From Alistipes sp. (GTDB taxonomy: Bacteria > Bacteroidota > Bacteroidia > Bacteroidales > Rikenellaceae): a DNA stretch of 64,000 nt. The translations under genes and the position numbers were made by a program. Under the pieces are notes generated by a model. The model saw nothing but the letters and a program-made list of their open reading frames with translations. It searched no databases and was not told the DNA's origin. Of this stretch, positions 18,276-27,023 are shown one piece after another. Location: contig JAITWH010000043.1 in assembly GCA_031285405.1 (NCBI GenBank), forward strand, positions 5,595 through 69,594, in the 5' to 3' direction. Every line of letters starts with the position of its first letter. The stretch's first letter is position 1.

Positions 18276-19007
18276 ATGAGAGTCGCAATAATAGGATACG
18301 GAAAGATGGGCCAGGAGATAGAAAAACTCCTCACCGCCCGAGGCCACAAAGTGGGCCTGATAATCGACGTCCAAAACGCCGCCGACCTCCGCGCCGAAAA
18401 GATGACAAACATAGATGTCGCCATAGAGTTCACCACCCCCGAAACCGCCTTCGGAAACATCCGGAAGTGCCTCGAAATGGGAACCCCGGTAGTCTGCGGA
18501 ACTACGGCCTGGACGTCGCACCTGCCCGAGGTGGAGAAGCTCTGCCGCGAGAACAACGGCGCGTTCTTCCACGCCTCCAACTACTCGATCGGGGTCAACG
18601 TGGCGTTCGAGCTCAACCGCCGCCTGGCCGAGCTGATGAACCGCTTCCCCGACTACGACGTCACGGTCGAGGAGACCCACCACACCGCCAAGAAGGACGC
18701 CCCGAGCGGCACGGCCATCACCATCGCCGACGACATAGTGGAACGCCTCGACCGAAAAAGCAGGTGGACGGCCGGCCTCACCACCGACCCCAACGAGTTG
18801 GAGGTCACCTCCGTAAGGCGCAGCGTCGCCCCGGGCACCCACACCATCACCTACGAGTCGCCGGTCGACATCCTCACCGTGAGACACGACATCAAGAGCC
18901 GCGCGGGCCTCGCCGCGGGAGCCGTCTCCGCCGCCGAGTTCCTCGCCGCCGAGGTCGCCGCCGGCCGCCACGGAATCTACACCATGCGAGACCTGCTACA
19001 ATTGTAA
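18276..19007 (+). CDS. dapB: 4-hydroxy-tetrahydrodipicolinate reductase
   Basis: MRVAIIGYGKMGQEI..., ...ASNYSIGVN..., EETHHTAKKDAPSGTA. Confidence 0.93.
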   Translation: MRVAIIGYGKMGQEIEKLLTARGHKVGLIIDVQNAADLRAEKMTNIDVAIEFTTPETAFGNIRKCLEMGTPVVCGTTAWTSHLPEVEKLCRENNGAFFHASNYSIGVNVAFELNRRLAELMNRFPDYDVTVEETHHTAKKDAPSGTAITIADDIVERLDRKSRWTAGLTTDPNELEVTSVRRSVAPGTHTITYESPVDILTVRHDIKSRAGLAAGAVSAAEFLAAEVAAGRHGIYTMRDLLQL

Positions 19008-19074
19008 GCCGGAACGCCGGCAGCGATTTTAGCTACGCAAAACCCGTCATTGCGAGCGCAGCGAAGCAATCCAG
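19008..19074 (+). repeat. composite repeat: A-unit variant (GCCGGAACGCCGGCAGCGATTTTAGCTACGCA) + B unit (GTCATTGCGAGCGCAGCGAAGCAATCCAG)
   Basis: Starts directly after the dapB TAA. Both modules recur at 20509-20560. Confidence 0.8.
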
Positions 19075-19112
19075 AGTAAACGGCAAGACAAAATAGTTAA
19101 AATAAACTGAAA

Positions 19113-20471
19113 ATGAGAGACATATTAAGCAACCGATGGGTTAAGTTCACAATCTGGGCCCTCCTCTACACCCTCGTCTTCGTAGTGTGGATGCGCAACG
19201 TGTGGATGCTACTGGGCGTAGCGGTGATCTTCGACCTCTGCATCACAGGCCTCATCCGCCGCGTCGTGGTCGACCCCCACCGCCGCATGAGGACCCGCAG
19301 CGGGGCATACCGCACTGTGGCCGAGTGGGTCGAGGCGATAGCCTTCGCCGTCGTCGTGGCGTCGCTCATCCACATCTTCGTGTTCCAGATGTACGTCATC
19401 CCCACACCGTCGATGGAGAAGAGCCTGCTCGTGGGCGACTATCTCTACGTGTCGAAGCTGACCTACGGCCCCAAGATGCCCGTCACCCCGCTCTCGATGC
19501 CGCTGGTTCACAACGTCATGCCGATGTCCAAGACGGGCGCGAAGTCCTACTCCGAAATCATAAAACGACCCTACAAACGACTCAGTGGCCCCCGCACAAT
19601 CGAGCGCGACGACGTTGTGGTCTTCAACTTTCCGGCGGGCGACACGGTGCTGCTCCAAGACCTCGGCGTAACCTACTACGACGTCCTGCGCGACTACCAA
19701 AACCGCCTCGGAGCCGAGGCCGGACGAGCCCGACTCAATCGCGACTACACCATAGTGGCACGACCGGTCGACAAACGCGAAAACTTCGTCAAGCGCTGCG
19801 TGGCGCTCCCGGGCGACAGCATCCGAATCCAAAACTCGCAACTCTACGTCAACGGCGAGGCACAAAAAGAGATCGCCGGCATGCAGCAAACCTACCGCAT
19901 CCTCACCAACGAGCCATTCACCCGCGCGGCCATCGAAGATATGTCCATCCAGCAGAGCGACATCTACATTCAAGCCACGGGCGAGTACTGGATCCCCCTC
20001 ACCGCCGCCAACCTCGAAAAGGTGCGCACCATGCCCAACGTCCGCAGCGTCGAGAGGTCCCATCGCGGCGGCGGCCTCGACGTCTTCCCCAACGCCCACG
20101 GCTTCGACTGGACGGAGAGCGACTTCGGCCCGCTCTGGATCCCCTCCAAAGGCTCCACGGTGAAGCTCACCCTCGAAAACCTGCCGCTCTACCAGCGCAT
20201 CATCGACGTCTACGAGGCCAACGACCTGCGCACCGAAGGCAACACCATATACATCGACGGCGCCCCCGCCACGGAGTACACATTCAAGATGGACTACTAC
20301 TGGATGATGGGCGACAACCGCCAGAACTCCGCCGACTCACGCTTCTGGGGCTTCGTGCCCGAGGACCACATAGTGGGCAAGGCCTCGTTCGTATGGCTAT
20401 CGTTAGACGCCGAAAAAAACTGGTTCCAAGGAAAAATCCGCTGGAGCAAAATGTTCCGTCGTATAAATTGA
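19113..20471 (+). CDS. lepB: signal peptidase I (long Bacteroidota type)
   Basis: [20 protein letters not shown] (catalytic Ser box) and [29 protein letters not shown]. Confidence 0.9.
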   Translation: MRDILSNRWVKFTIWALLYTLVFVVWMRNVWMLLGVAVIFDLCITGLIRRVVVDPHRRMRTRSGAYRTVAEWVEAIAFAVVVASLIHIFVFQMYVIPTPSMEKSLLVGDYLYVSKLTYGPKMPVTPLSMPLVHNVMPMSKTGAKSYSEIIKRPYKRLSGPRTIERDDVVVFNFPAGDTVLLQDLGVTYYDVLRDYQNRLGAEAGRARLNRDYTIVARPVDKRENFVKRCVALPGDSIRIQNSQLYVNGEAQKEIAGMQQTYRILTNEPFTRAAIEDMSIQQSDIYIQATGEYWIPLTAANLEKVRTMPNVRSVERSHRGGGLDVFPNAHGFDWTESDFGPLWIPSKGSTVKLTLENLPLYQRIIDVYEANDLRTEGNTIYIDGAPATEYTFKMDYYWMMGDNRQNSADSRFWGFVPEDHIVGKASFVWLSLDAEKNWFQGKIRWSKMFRRIN

Positions 20472-20646
20472 AAGTTGAAAATTGAAAATTGAAAATGGCC
20501 GACGCCTCGTCATTGCGAGCAGAGCGAAGCAATCCAGTGGCAACGGCCGCAGCGATTTTATTTTGCGTAGCTAAATCCGCCGCCGGCGTTCCGGCTGCGA
20601 AGCACACCCCGATTCATGATTCATAATTCATGATTCATGATTTGAA
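20468..20646. repeat. composite repeat filling the whole lepB-yigZ gap: (TTGAAAR)x4 + B unit + A unit + inverted A-variant + (GATTCAT)x4-5
   Basis: Read directly: ttgaaagttgaaaattgaaaattgaaaa / gtcattgcgagcagagcgaagcaatccag / tggcaacggccgcagcgatttta / ttttgcgtagctaaatccgccgccggcgttccggc / gattcatgattcataattcatgattcatgatttgaaATG. Confidence 0.85.
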
Positions 20647-21054
20647 ATGACTGAAAACGAAGGATACAAAACCATAGAAGCCCCCGCCAAAGCAGCAATA
20701 AAGGAGCGCGGCAGCCGCTTCCACGCCTTCGCCTACCCGGTCACCACCGAGTCGGAGGCCAAGGAGTGGCTAAGAAAACTGCGAGCCGAGTTCCCCGACG
20801 CAACGCACATCTGCTACGCCTACCGACTCGGCCCCCGCGGCGATATCTGGGCGGCCAGCGACAACGGCGAACCCGGAGGCTCGGCCGGCCGCCCCATCCA
20901 CGGAAGGCTCCTCTCGGCCCGCGTCACCGACTGCATGGTGGTGGTAGTCAGGTGGTTCGGGGGCAAGAAGTTGGGCGTCCCGGGCCTCATAGCAGCCTAC
21001 AAAGAGGCCGCCGCCGAGGCACTTGAAGCAGCAAAGATCATCGAAAAAAGATAA
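20647..21054 (+). CDS. YigZ/IMPACT-family protein (N-terminal UPF0029 domain only)
   Basis: IKERGSRFHAFAYPV...ATHICYAYRLG...SDNGEPGGSAGRPI...VVVVRWFGGKKLG. At 135 aa it lacks the C-terminal domain of full-length YigZ. Confidence 0.75.
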   Translation: MTENEGYKTIEAPAKAAIKERGSRFHAFAYPVTTESEAKEWLRKLRAEFPDATHICYAYRLGPRGDIWAASDNGEPGGSAGRPIHGRLLSARVTDCMVVVVRWFGGKKLGVPGLIAAYKEAAAEALEAAKIIEKR

Positions 21055-21060
21055 AACACT

Positions 21061-22020
21061 ATGACGAAACGAAGCCTGATCTCGATCACCGATCTCACCA
21101 AAAGCGAGATCCTGCGAATCACCGAGCTCGCCGCCGACTTTGAGGCGGCAACGGCCGCGGCGAATTTAGCTACGCAAAATGAGAGCGACGGCAGCATGGC
21201 AACCCGCGGCCTGCTCCAAGGAAAGGTCATCGCCACCCTATTCTTCGAGCCCTCGACCCGCACAAGGCTCAGCTTCGAGAGTGCCATCAACCGCCTCGGA
21301 GCCAGGGTGATAGGCTTCTCCGACGCATCGAACACCAGCGTGGCGAAGGGCGAAACGCTGCACGACACCATCTCGGTAATCTCCAACTATTGCGACATGA
21401 TCGTGATGCGCCACAGCCTCGAAGGGGCGGCCCGCTACGCCAGCGAGGTTGCCAGCGTACCGGTCGTCAACGCCGGCGACGGAGCCAACCAACACCCCTC
21501 GCAGACACTGTTGGATCTATATTCGATCCAAAAGACGCAGGGCCGCCTCGACGGACTCAAGGTGATGATGGTGGGCGACCTCAAGTACGGCCGCACTGTC
21601 CACTCGCTCCTGGAGGCGTTGAGCCACTTCGACACCGAGTTCGTCTTCGTCTCGCCGCCCGAACTGCGGATGCCCGCCGAGTACCGCAACCTGCTCGACC
21701 GCAAGGGATTGCGCTACACCGAGTCGAGCGAACTCGCCGACAACATCGCCGACATCGACATACTATACATGACGCGCATCCAAAAGGAGCGCTTCAACGA
21801 CCCGATGGAGTACGAGCGGGTCAAAAACACCTACGTGCTGCGCGCCTCGATGCTCGCCGGAGCGCGCGGGTCGATGAAAATTCTGCACCCGCTGCCAAGG
21901 GTGGGCGAGATCGCGACCGACGTCGACGACAGCCCCCACGCCTACTACTTCAAGCAGGTCGAAAACGGAGTCTACGCGCGCATGGCGATAATCTGCTACC
22001 TGCTGAATGTAAAGAAATAA
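21061..22020 (+). CDS. pyrB: aspartate carbamoyltransferase catalytic subunit (carries an in-frame repeat-element insertion near the N-terminus)
   Basis: [30 protein letters not shown]. Confidence 0.95.
   Translation: MTKRSLISITDLTKSEILRITELAADFEAATAAANLATQNESDGSMATRGLLQGKVIATLFFEPSTRTRLSFESAINRLGARVIGFSDASNTSVAKGETLHDTISVISNYCDMIVMRHSLEGAARYASEVASVPVVNAGDGANQHPSQTLLDLYSIQKTQGRLDGLKVMMVGDLKYGRTVHSLLEALSHFDTEFVFVSPPELRMPAEYRNLLDRKGLRYTESSELADNIADIDILYMTRIQKERFNDPMEYERVKNTYVLRASMLAGARGSMKILHPLPRVGEIATDVDDSPHAYYFKQVENGVYARMAIICYLLNVKK
21144..21180 (+). repeat. A unit embedded in-frame inside pyrB
   Basis: GGCGGCAACGGCCGCGGCGAATTTAGCTACGCAAAAT encodes [12 protein letters not shown] between the conserved N-terminal helix and the FFEPSTRTR loop. 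Confidence 0.75.
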
Positions 22021-22076
22021 TGTTTAGAGAAGTCAGAGATAATCAGAAATATAGCAAAAAATCGCGACAGAAAAAA

Positions 22077-22188
22077 GTGTGACATCGGTAACACTCGCCG
22101 GTTTTTGAGCGTTACATCGGTAACACTCGGCCCCAAAAAAGCGTTACATCGGTAACACTCGGCTTTTTAAAAGTGTTACATTTGAGAG
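22077..22188 (+). repeat. 3.5 tandem copies, exact 32-bp period, of G(C/T)GT(T/G)ACATCGGTAACACTCG(G/C)C containing the palindrome GTTAC-ATCG-GTAAC
   Basis: Units start at 22077, 22109, 22141 and 22173. The fourth degenerates to GTGTTACATTTGAG, which contains a TACATTTG -7 promoter box 35 bp upstream of pyrI. Confidence 0.85.
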
Positions 22189-22219
22189 AATTCAGTTCGC
22201 AAAAAACAAAAATTCAGTT

Positions 22220-22693
22220 ATGGGACAGGACAAAATCATGGAGGTTCGGATGATCGAAAACGGCACGGTTATCGACCACATTCCGCCCGCCGCGTTGTTC
22301 AAAATCATCTCCATCATGGGGCTCGATCGCGACACCGAACACCGCATGACGATCGGCACCAATCTCGAAAGTAAACGTCTGGGTACCAAGGCGATAATCA
22401 AGATCAACGACCGCCATCCGTCACCCTGGGAGATCGACCGAATCGCCCTTTTCGCCCCCGAGGCGCGGGTCAACACGATCCGCAATTTCGAGGTCGTCGA
22501 GAAGCGCACCGTGGAGGTTCCGCGCAGCATCGAAGGATTCGTTAAATGCGCTAATCCTCAATGTGTTACGAACCACGAAACCGTCGAAACCGCCTTCGAT
22601 GTGGTAGCCGAAAACGACGGAAATATAGCCCTAAAATGCCGTTATTGCGAAAAACTCACCAAAAATTTTGGCACAAAATTCAATCCATATTAA
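22220..22693 (+). CDS. pyrI: aspartate carbamoyltransferase regulatory subunit
   Basis: IENGTVIDHIPP..., and the Zn-domain cysteines CANPQC...KCRYCEK. Confidence 0.9.
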   Translation: MGQDKIMEVRMIENGTVIDHIPPAALFKIISIMGLDRDTEHRMTIGTNLESKRLGTKAIIKINDRHPSPWEIDRIALFAPEARVNTIRNFEVVEKRTVEVPRSIEGFVKCANPQCVTNHETVETAFDVVAENDGNIALKCRYCEKLTKNFGTKFNPY

Positions 22694-25600
22694 AGGCGCG
22701 CGGGTTCACAACCTGCGCAACATCGAGGTCGATATTCCTCACAATCAATTAGTTGTGATCACCGGCCTGAGCGGCTCGGGCAAATCCACCCTCGCATTCG
22801 ACACCATTTTCGCCGAGGGCCAACGCCGCTACGTCGAGAGTTTATCGGCCTACGCCAGGCAATTCCTCGGCCGGATCGACAAGCCCGACGTCGATTTTAT
22901 CACCGGAATCGCCCCAGCAATCGCTATAGAACAGCGAGTTAACACTCGAAACCCGCGTTCCACAGTTGGCACATCCACAGAGATTTACGACTATTTGAAG
23001 CTGCTTTTCGCGCGGATCGGACACACATTTTCGCCCGTGTCGGGACGCGAGGTGCGCAGCTTCGGGGTCGACGACGTGGTGGAGTACATCGCGTCGATGC
23101 CTGAGGGTGAGCGAGTTATCGTCACCGCGCCGCTGCTTTTGGAGCGCGGGCAGGGGCTCATCGAACGCCTCACGCTGCTGATGGGCGAGGGGGTGCAGAG
23201 AGTGTGGTATCGCGGTGAGACTCAGCTGATTGAGGAGCTGTTGCCGACATTGGACGGCGACGTTGCGATCCCCGAAATCGACATCGTGATCGACCGCTTC
23301 AAAGTCGCCGGTGGGAACGCCCACGGCGATTATGGCTACGCGAAAAAAGATGGTGCCGGAGGTGGCGACATTGCGGCCGGCGGAGGTGCGACGGGCGGGG
23401 TGTGGGACGAGTTTTTGACTCGGGCCGGCGACTCGGTTGCTCGCGCATTCGACTATGGCTCAGGAGTTTGCAAGGTAGTGTCGGGGGAGGATGACGCTCG
23501 CGAAATCAGGGAATTTTCGTCGAGAATGGAGATGGACGGGATTGTGTTTGAGCAGCCGACGGAGCACCTTTTTAGTTTCAACAACCCGATCGGCGCGTGC
23601 CCCGTGTGCGAGGGGTACGGAAAAGTGACCGGAATCGACGAGGATCTGGTGGTGCCCGACAAGAGCAAAAGCGTTTATGATGAGGCGATTGTGGCGTGGC
23701 GGGGCGAGACGATGGGGTGGTGGAGGAAGCAGCTGATCGCCAACGCGTGGCGGTTCGATTTTCCGATCCACGCGCCGTTTTACGACCTCACGGAGGAGCA
23801 ACGGCGGCTGCTGTGGACGGGCAACGAACACTTCAAAGGGCTCGATCGGTTCTTCGAATACCTTGAGAGTGAGCGATATAAGATTCAGTATCGGGTGATG
23901 CTGTCGCGCTACACCGGCAAAACCGTGTGCCCCGAGTGTGGCGGCGGACGGCTGCGGCGCGAGGCGTTTTGGGTTAAGGTCGGCGGACGCTCCATCGGGG
24001 AGCTTGTTCGCATGACCGTGGATGAGTTGCGGGGGTTCTTTGGGGGGCTTGTAGGGGCTTCGGAGGGCGTTTTGGGGGCGGTTTCGGAGGGTGATTTGGG
24101 AGCGGTTTCGGGGTTGGACGAGCATGATCGGGAGGCGGGGGGTCGGGTGTTGACGGAGATCGTTAATCGGTTGCAATACCTTGCAGATGTGGGACTTGGC
24201 TATCTGACACTCGATCGGCTGTCGTCGACTCTTTCGGGTGGCGAGAGTCAGCGGATCAACCTGTCGTCGTCGCTGGGGAGCAATCTGGTGGGGTCGCTGT
24301 ATATTCTCGACGAGCCGAGTATCGGGTTGCATCCGCGTGATACTGAGCGACTTATCGGTGTGTTGAAGCAGTTGCGTGACCTGGGTAACACCGTCATCGT
24401 GGTCGAGCACGACGAGGAGACGATGCGCGCCGCCGATCAGATTATCGACATCGGGCCGCGGGCGGGGTATCTTGGCGGCGAGATTGTTTATAGTGGTGAT
24501 TTTGAGGGGCTTATGACGGCTACAGACAGTCTGACGGCCGATTATTTGACGGGGCGGCGGCGGATTGTGCCTCCGGACGAACCTCGCGGTTGGCGCAATT
24601 TTGTGGAGCTGAAAGGGGTGCGCGAAAATAATCTGAAGGGGGTCGATGTGAAGTTTCCGTTGGGCGTAATGACCTGTGTGACAGGCGTTAGCGGTAGCGG
24701 AAAATCGACCTTGGTGAGGGGCGTGTTGTATCCGGCGCTCAAACGGCGGCTCGACGAAACGGGGCTGAAGCCGGGCAGTTTTTCGTCGCTGGAGGGCGAC
24801 GTGAGGCTGCTGACCGGCGTCGAGATGATTGACCAGAACCCGATTGGGCGTTCATCGCGTTCTAACCCAGTGACTTACATCAAGGCTTATGACGAAATTC
24901 GGAAGCTTTTCGCCGATCAGCCTTATGCGAAACACAATGCGATGCCGGCGGCGTTTTTCTCGTTCAACACGGCCGGCGGACGGTGCGAAGAGTGTCAGGG
25001 TGAGGGAGTTATACATGTCGAGATGCAGTTTATGGCCGACGTCGAACTGGTGTGCGAGGCGTGCGGCGGGCGGCGGTTCAAGGACGAGGTGCTGGAGGTG
25101 CGGTATCGCGATCGGAATATATTCGAGGTGCTGGAAATGACTGTGGATGAGGCGATTGAGTTCTTCGGTGAGGACAAGTCGGCGACAGCGCGGAGGATCG
25201 TCGAACGGTTGGGGGCGTTGCAGGGCGTGGGGCTCGGATATGTGAGGCTGGGGCAGTCGTCGTCGACCCTCTCCGGCGGTGAGAGTCAGCGAGTTAAGCT
25301 TGCCTCATTCCTGCTTAAAGATAGCTCCGACGGGCGCATGATGTTTATCTTTGACGAGCCGACGACGGGGTTGCATTTTCATGACATCAATAAGCTGCTG
25401 ACGTCGCTTAACGCGCTGATAGTCAAGGGACACACGGTGGTGATTATTGAGCACAACCCCGATGTGATTCGCTGTGCCGACCATGTTATCGACCTTGGGC
25501 CCGAGGGAGGGGCTGATGGGGGGCGCGTGCTGTTTTCGGGAACTCCGGCTGCGCTTGAGGCTTGCTCTGAGAGCTATACGGGGCGGTATTTGGCTGGTTT

Positions 25601-25781
25601 TGAGCGGGGTGGGGGGACTGCGGAAGTTTCGGTTTCGGCGGGTGCGGATGGGGTTGTGGCGAGTGCGGAGTCTCAGGTGGCAGGTCGGAAAACGCGTGCC
25701 AAGATGGTGAAAAGTGCTGAAAATGAGAACAATGCGAACCGTTCGAAGGGGGCGAAAAGCGGGAAAGGGGCGAAAAAATAG
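22668..25781 (+). CDS. uvrA: excinuclease ABC subunit A (UvrA family) with low-complexity insertions and a Lys-rich C-terminal tail
   Basis: IHIKGARVHNLRNIEVDIPHNQLVVITGLSGSGKSTLAFDTIFAEGQRRYVESLSAYARQFLG. Two LSGGESQR signatures and a second Walker A, GVSGSGKST. The only in-frame start before IKGAR is the TTG at 22668, which overlaps pyrI by 26 nt. Confidence 0.9.
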   Translation: MAQNSIHIKGARVHNLRNIEVDIPHNQLVVITGLSGSGKSTLAFDTIFAEGQRRYVESLSAYARQFLGRIDKPDVDFITGIAPAIAIEQRVNTRNPRSTVGTSTEIYDYLKLLFARIGHTFSPVSGREVRSFGVDDVVEYIASMPEGERVIVTAPLLLERGQGLIERLTLLMGEGVQRVWYRGETQLIEELLPTLDGDVAIPEIDIVIDRFKVAGGNAHGDYGYAKKDGAGGGDIAAGGGATGGVWDEFLTRAGDSVARAFDYGSGVCKVVSGEDDAREIREFSSRMEMDGIVFEQPTEHLFSFNNPIGACPVCEGYGKVTGIDEDLVVPDKSKSVYDEAIVAWRGETMGWWRKQLIANAWRFDFPIHAPFYDLTEEQRRLLWTGNEHFKGLDRFFEYLESERYKIQYRVMLSRYTGKTVCPECGGGRLRREAFWVKVGGRSIGELVRMTVDELRGFFGGLVGASEGVLGAVSEGDLGAVSGLDEHDREAGGRVLTEIVNRLQYLADVGLGYLTLDRLSSTLSGGESQRINLSSSLGSNLVGSLYILDEPSIGLHPRDTERLIGVLKQLRDLGNTVIVVEHDEETMRAADQIIDIGPRAGYLGGEIVYSGDFEGLMTATDSLTADYLTGRRRIVPPDEPRGWRNFVELKGVRENNLKGVDVKFPLGVMTCVTGVSGSGKSTLVRGVLYPALKRRLDETGLKPGSFSSLEGDVRLLTGVEMIDQNPIGRSSRSNPVTYIKAYDEIRKLFADQPYAKHNAMPAAFFSFNTAGGRCEECQGEGVIHVEMQFMADVELVCEACGGRRFKDEVLEVRYRDRNIFEVLEMTVDEAIEFFGEDKSATARRIVERLGALQGVGLGYVRLGQSSSTLSGGESQRVKLASFLLKDSSDGRMMFIFDEPTTGLHFHDINKLLTSLNALIVKGHTVVIIEHNPDVIRCADHVIDLGPEGGADGGRVLFSGTPAALEACSESYTGRYLAGFERGGGTAEVSVSAGADGVVASAESQVAGRKTRAKMVKSAENENNANRSKGAKSGKGAKK

Positions 25782-25788
25782 CGAGACG

Positions 25789-27021
25789 ATGGAATTTTTT
25801 ACTTTTACTTTGCCGAATGGTGTGCGGTGCATTCATAAGCGGGTGCGGTCGGATGTAACTCATTGTGCGTTAATGATTAACGCGGGGTCGAGGGACGAAC
25901 TTCCGGCCGAGCACGGGATTGCGCACTTTGTCGAGCACGCGCTGTTTAAGGGCACCGAGAGGCGGCGCGCGTTTCACATCAGCAGCCGGCTCGAAAACCT
26001 CGGCGGCGAGCTTAACGCGTTCACTACCAAGGAGGATACGACGATTCACGCCACCACGCTGAAGGGCGATTTCGGCAAGGCGGCCGAGCTGATCGCCGAC
26101 ATGGTGTTTCGCTCGACTTTTCCGGAACGGGAGATCGAACGCGAGCAGCAAGTGATTGTGGATGAGATTAATAGCTATCGCGATATTCCCCAAGAGATGC
26201 TTTATGACGGGTTCGACGCGCTGATGTTTGCGGGGTCGCCGCTTGGGCGCAGCATCGCGGGTACGGCGCGGTCGGTTGCGCGGTTCGATCGGGCTGCGCT
26301 GCGGGGGTTCGTCGAGCGCACCTATACTCCTGACCAGATGGTGTTTGCGGCTGTCGGGAATGTCTCGGAGAAGGTCTTTCGGGCGGTTTGTGAGCGGTGG
26401 TTTGGAGAGGCTTCGGGGGCAGCTTCGGGGCTCGTGCGGCGGGGGTTTTCGCGGGTGGTGCCGCCGGACTATGTGCCGTTTGAAAAGGTGGTTTCGAAGA
26501 GCGGTAACCATCAGTCACACTGTGCGTTGGGTAATCGGGCGTACAGCCTTTCGGACGATCGGCGGCTGCCGTTGGCGCTGTTGGTGAACCTGCTGGGCGG
26601 GCCGGCGGCGAATTCGCGACTGAACACCGTGCTGCGGGAGCGTAACGGGTTGACTTACAGCATTGAAGCGTCGTATGTGCCGTTTTCGGACACCGGTTTT
26701 GTGACCATTGGTTTTAGCTGCGAGAGGGACAAAATCGACCGGTGCAGGGAGCTGATTGACGTTGAACTTCAGCGAGTTATGGAGTCGCCGCTGTCGCCGC
26801 GGCAGCTGTCGATGGCCAAGAAGCAGTTCGTCGGCCAGTTTGCCATTTCGATGGACGCGAGCGAGGGGTATATGCTGGGCGCGGCCAAAAGTTACCTGGT
26901 TTACAATGAGATAGACTCGCCGCAGACCGTTGCGCGCAAGGTTAATGAGATTTCGGCCGAGCAGATTGTGGAGGTCGCGCGTGACGTTTTTGAGTCGCTT
27001 TCTTCGCTGATTTACAGGTAG
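25789..27021 (+). CDS. M16 (pitrilysin/insulinase) family zinc peptidase
   Basis: Start trimmed to MEFFTFTLPNGV. Inverted zinc motif HFVEH (HxxEH) and ...LNAFTTKE. Confidence 0.85.
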   Translation: MEFFTFTLPNGVRCIHKRVRSDVTHCALMINAGSRDELPAEHGIAHFVEHALFKGTERRRAFHISSRLENLGGELNAFTTKEDTTIHATTLKGDFGKAAELIADMVFRSTFPEREIEREQQVIVDEINSYRDIPQEMLYDGFDALMFAGSPLGRSIAGTARSVARFDRAALRGFVERTYTPDQMVFAAVGNVSEKVFRAVCERWFGEASGAASGLVRRGFSRVVPPDYVPFEKVVSKSGNHQSHCALGNRAYSLSDDRRLPLALLVNLLGGPAANSRLNTVLRERNGLTYSIEASYVPFSDTGFVTIGFSCERDKIDRCRELIDVELQRVMESPLSPRQLSMAKKQFVGQFAISMDASEGYMLGAAKSYLVYNEIDSPQTVARKVNEISAEQIVEVARDVFESLSSLIYR

Positions 27022-27023
27022 AT

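Noticed and set aside
19187-20485. 432-aa (+) and 296-aa (-) ORFs overlapping lepB
   Set aside because: Extremely Arg/Pro/His-rich alternative frames of a well-supported signal peptidase I gene.
22077-22188. Possible CRISPR array (regularly spaced repeats)
   Set aside because: The period is only 32 bp, with 23-bp repeats and 9-bp A/T-run linkers. There are 3.5 units, no cas genes and no leader, so this is not a CRISPR.
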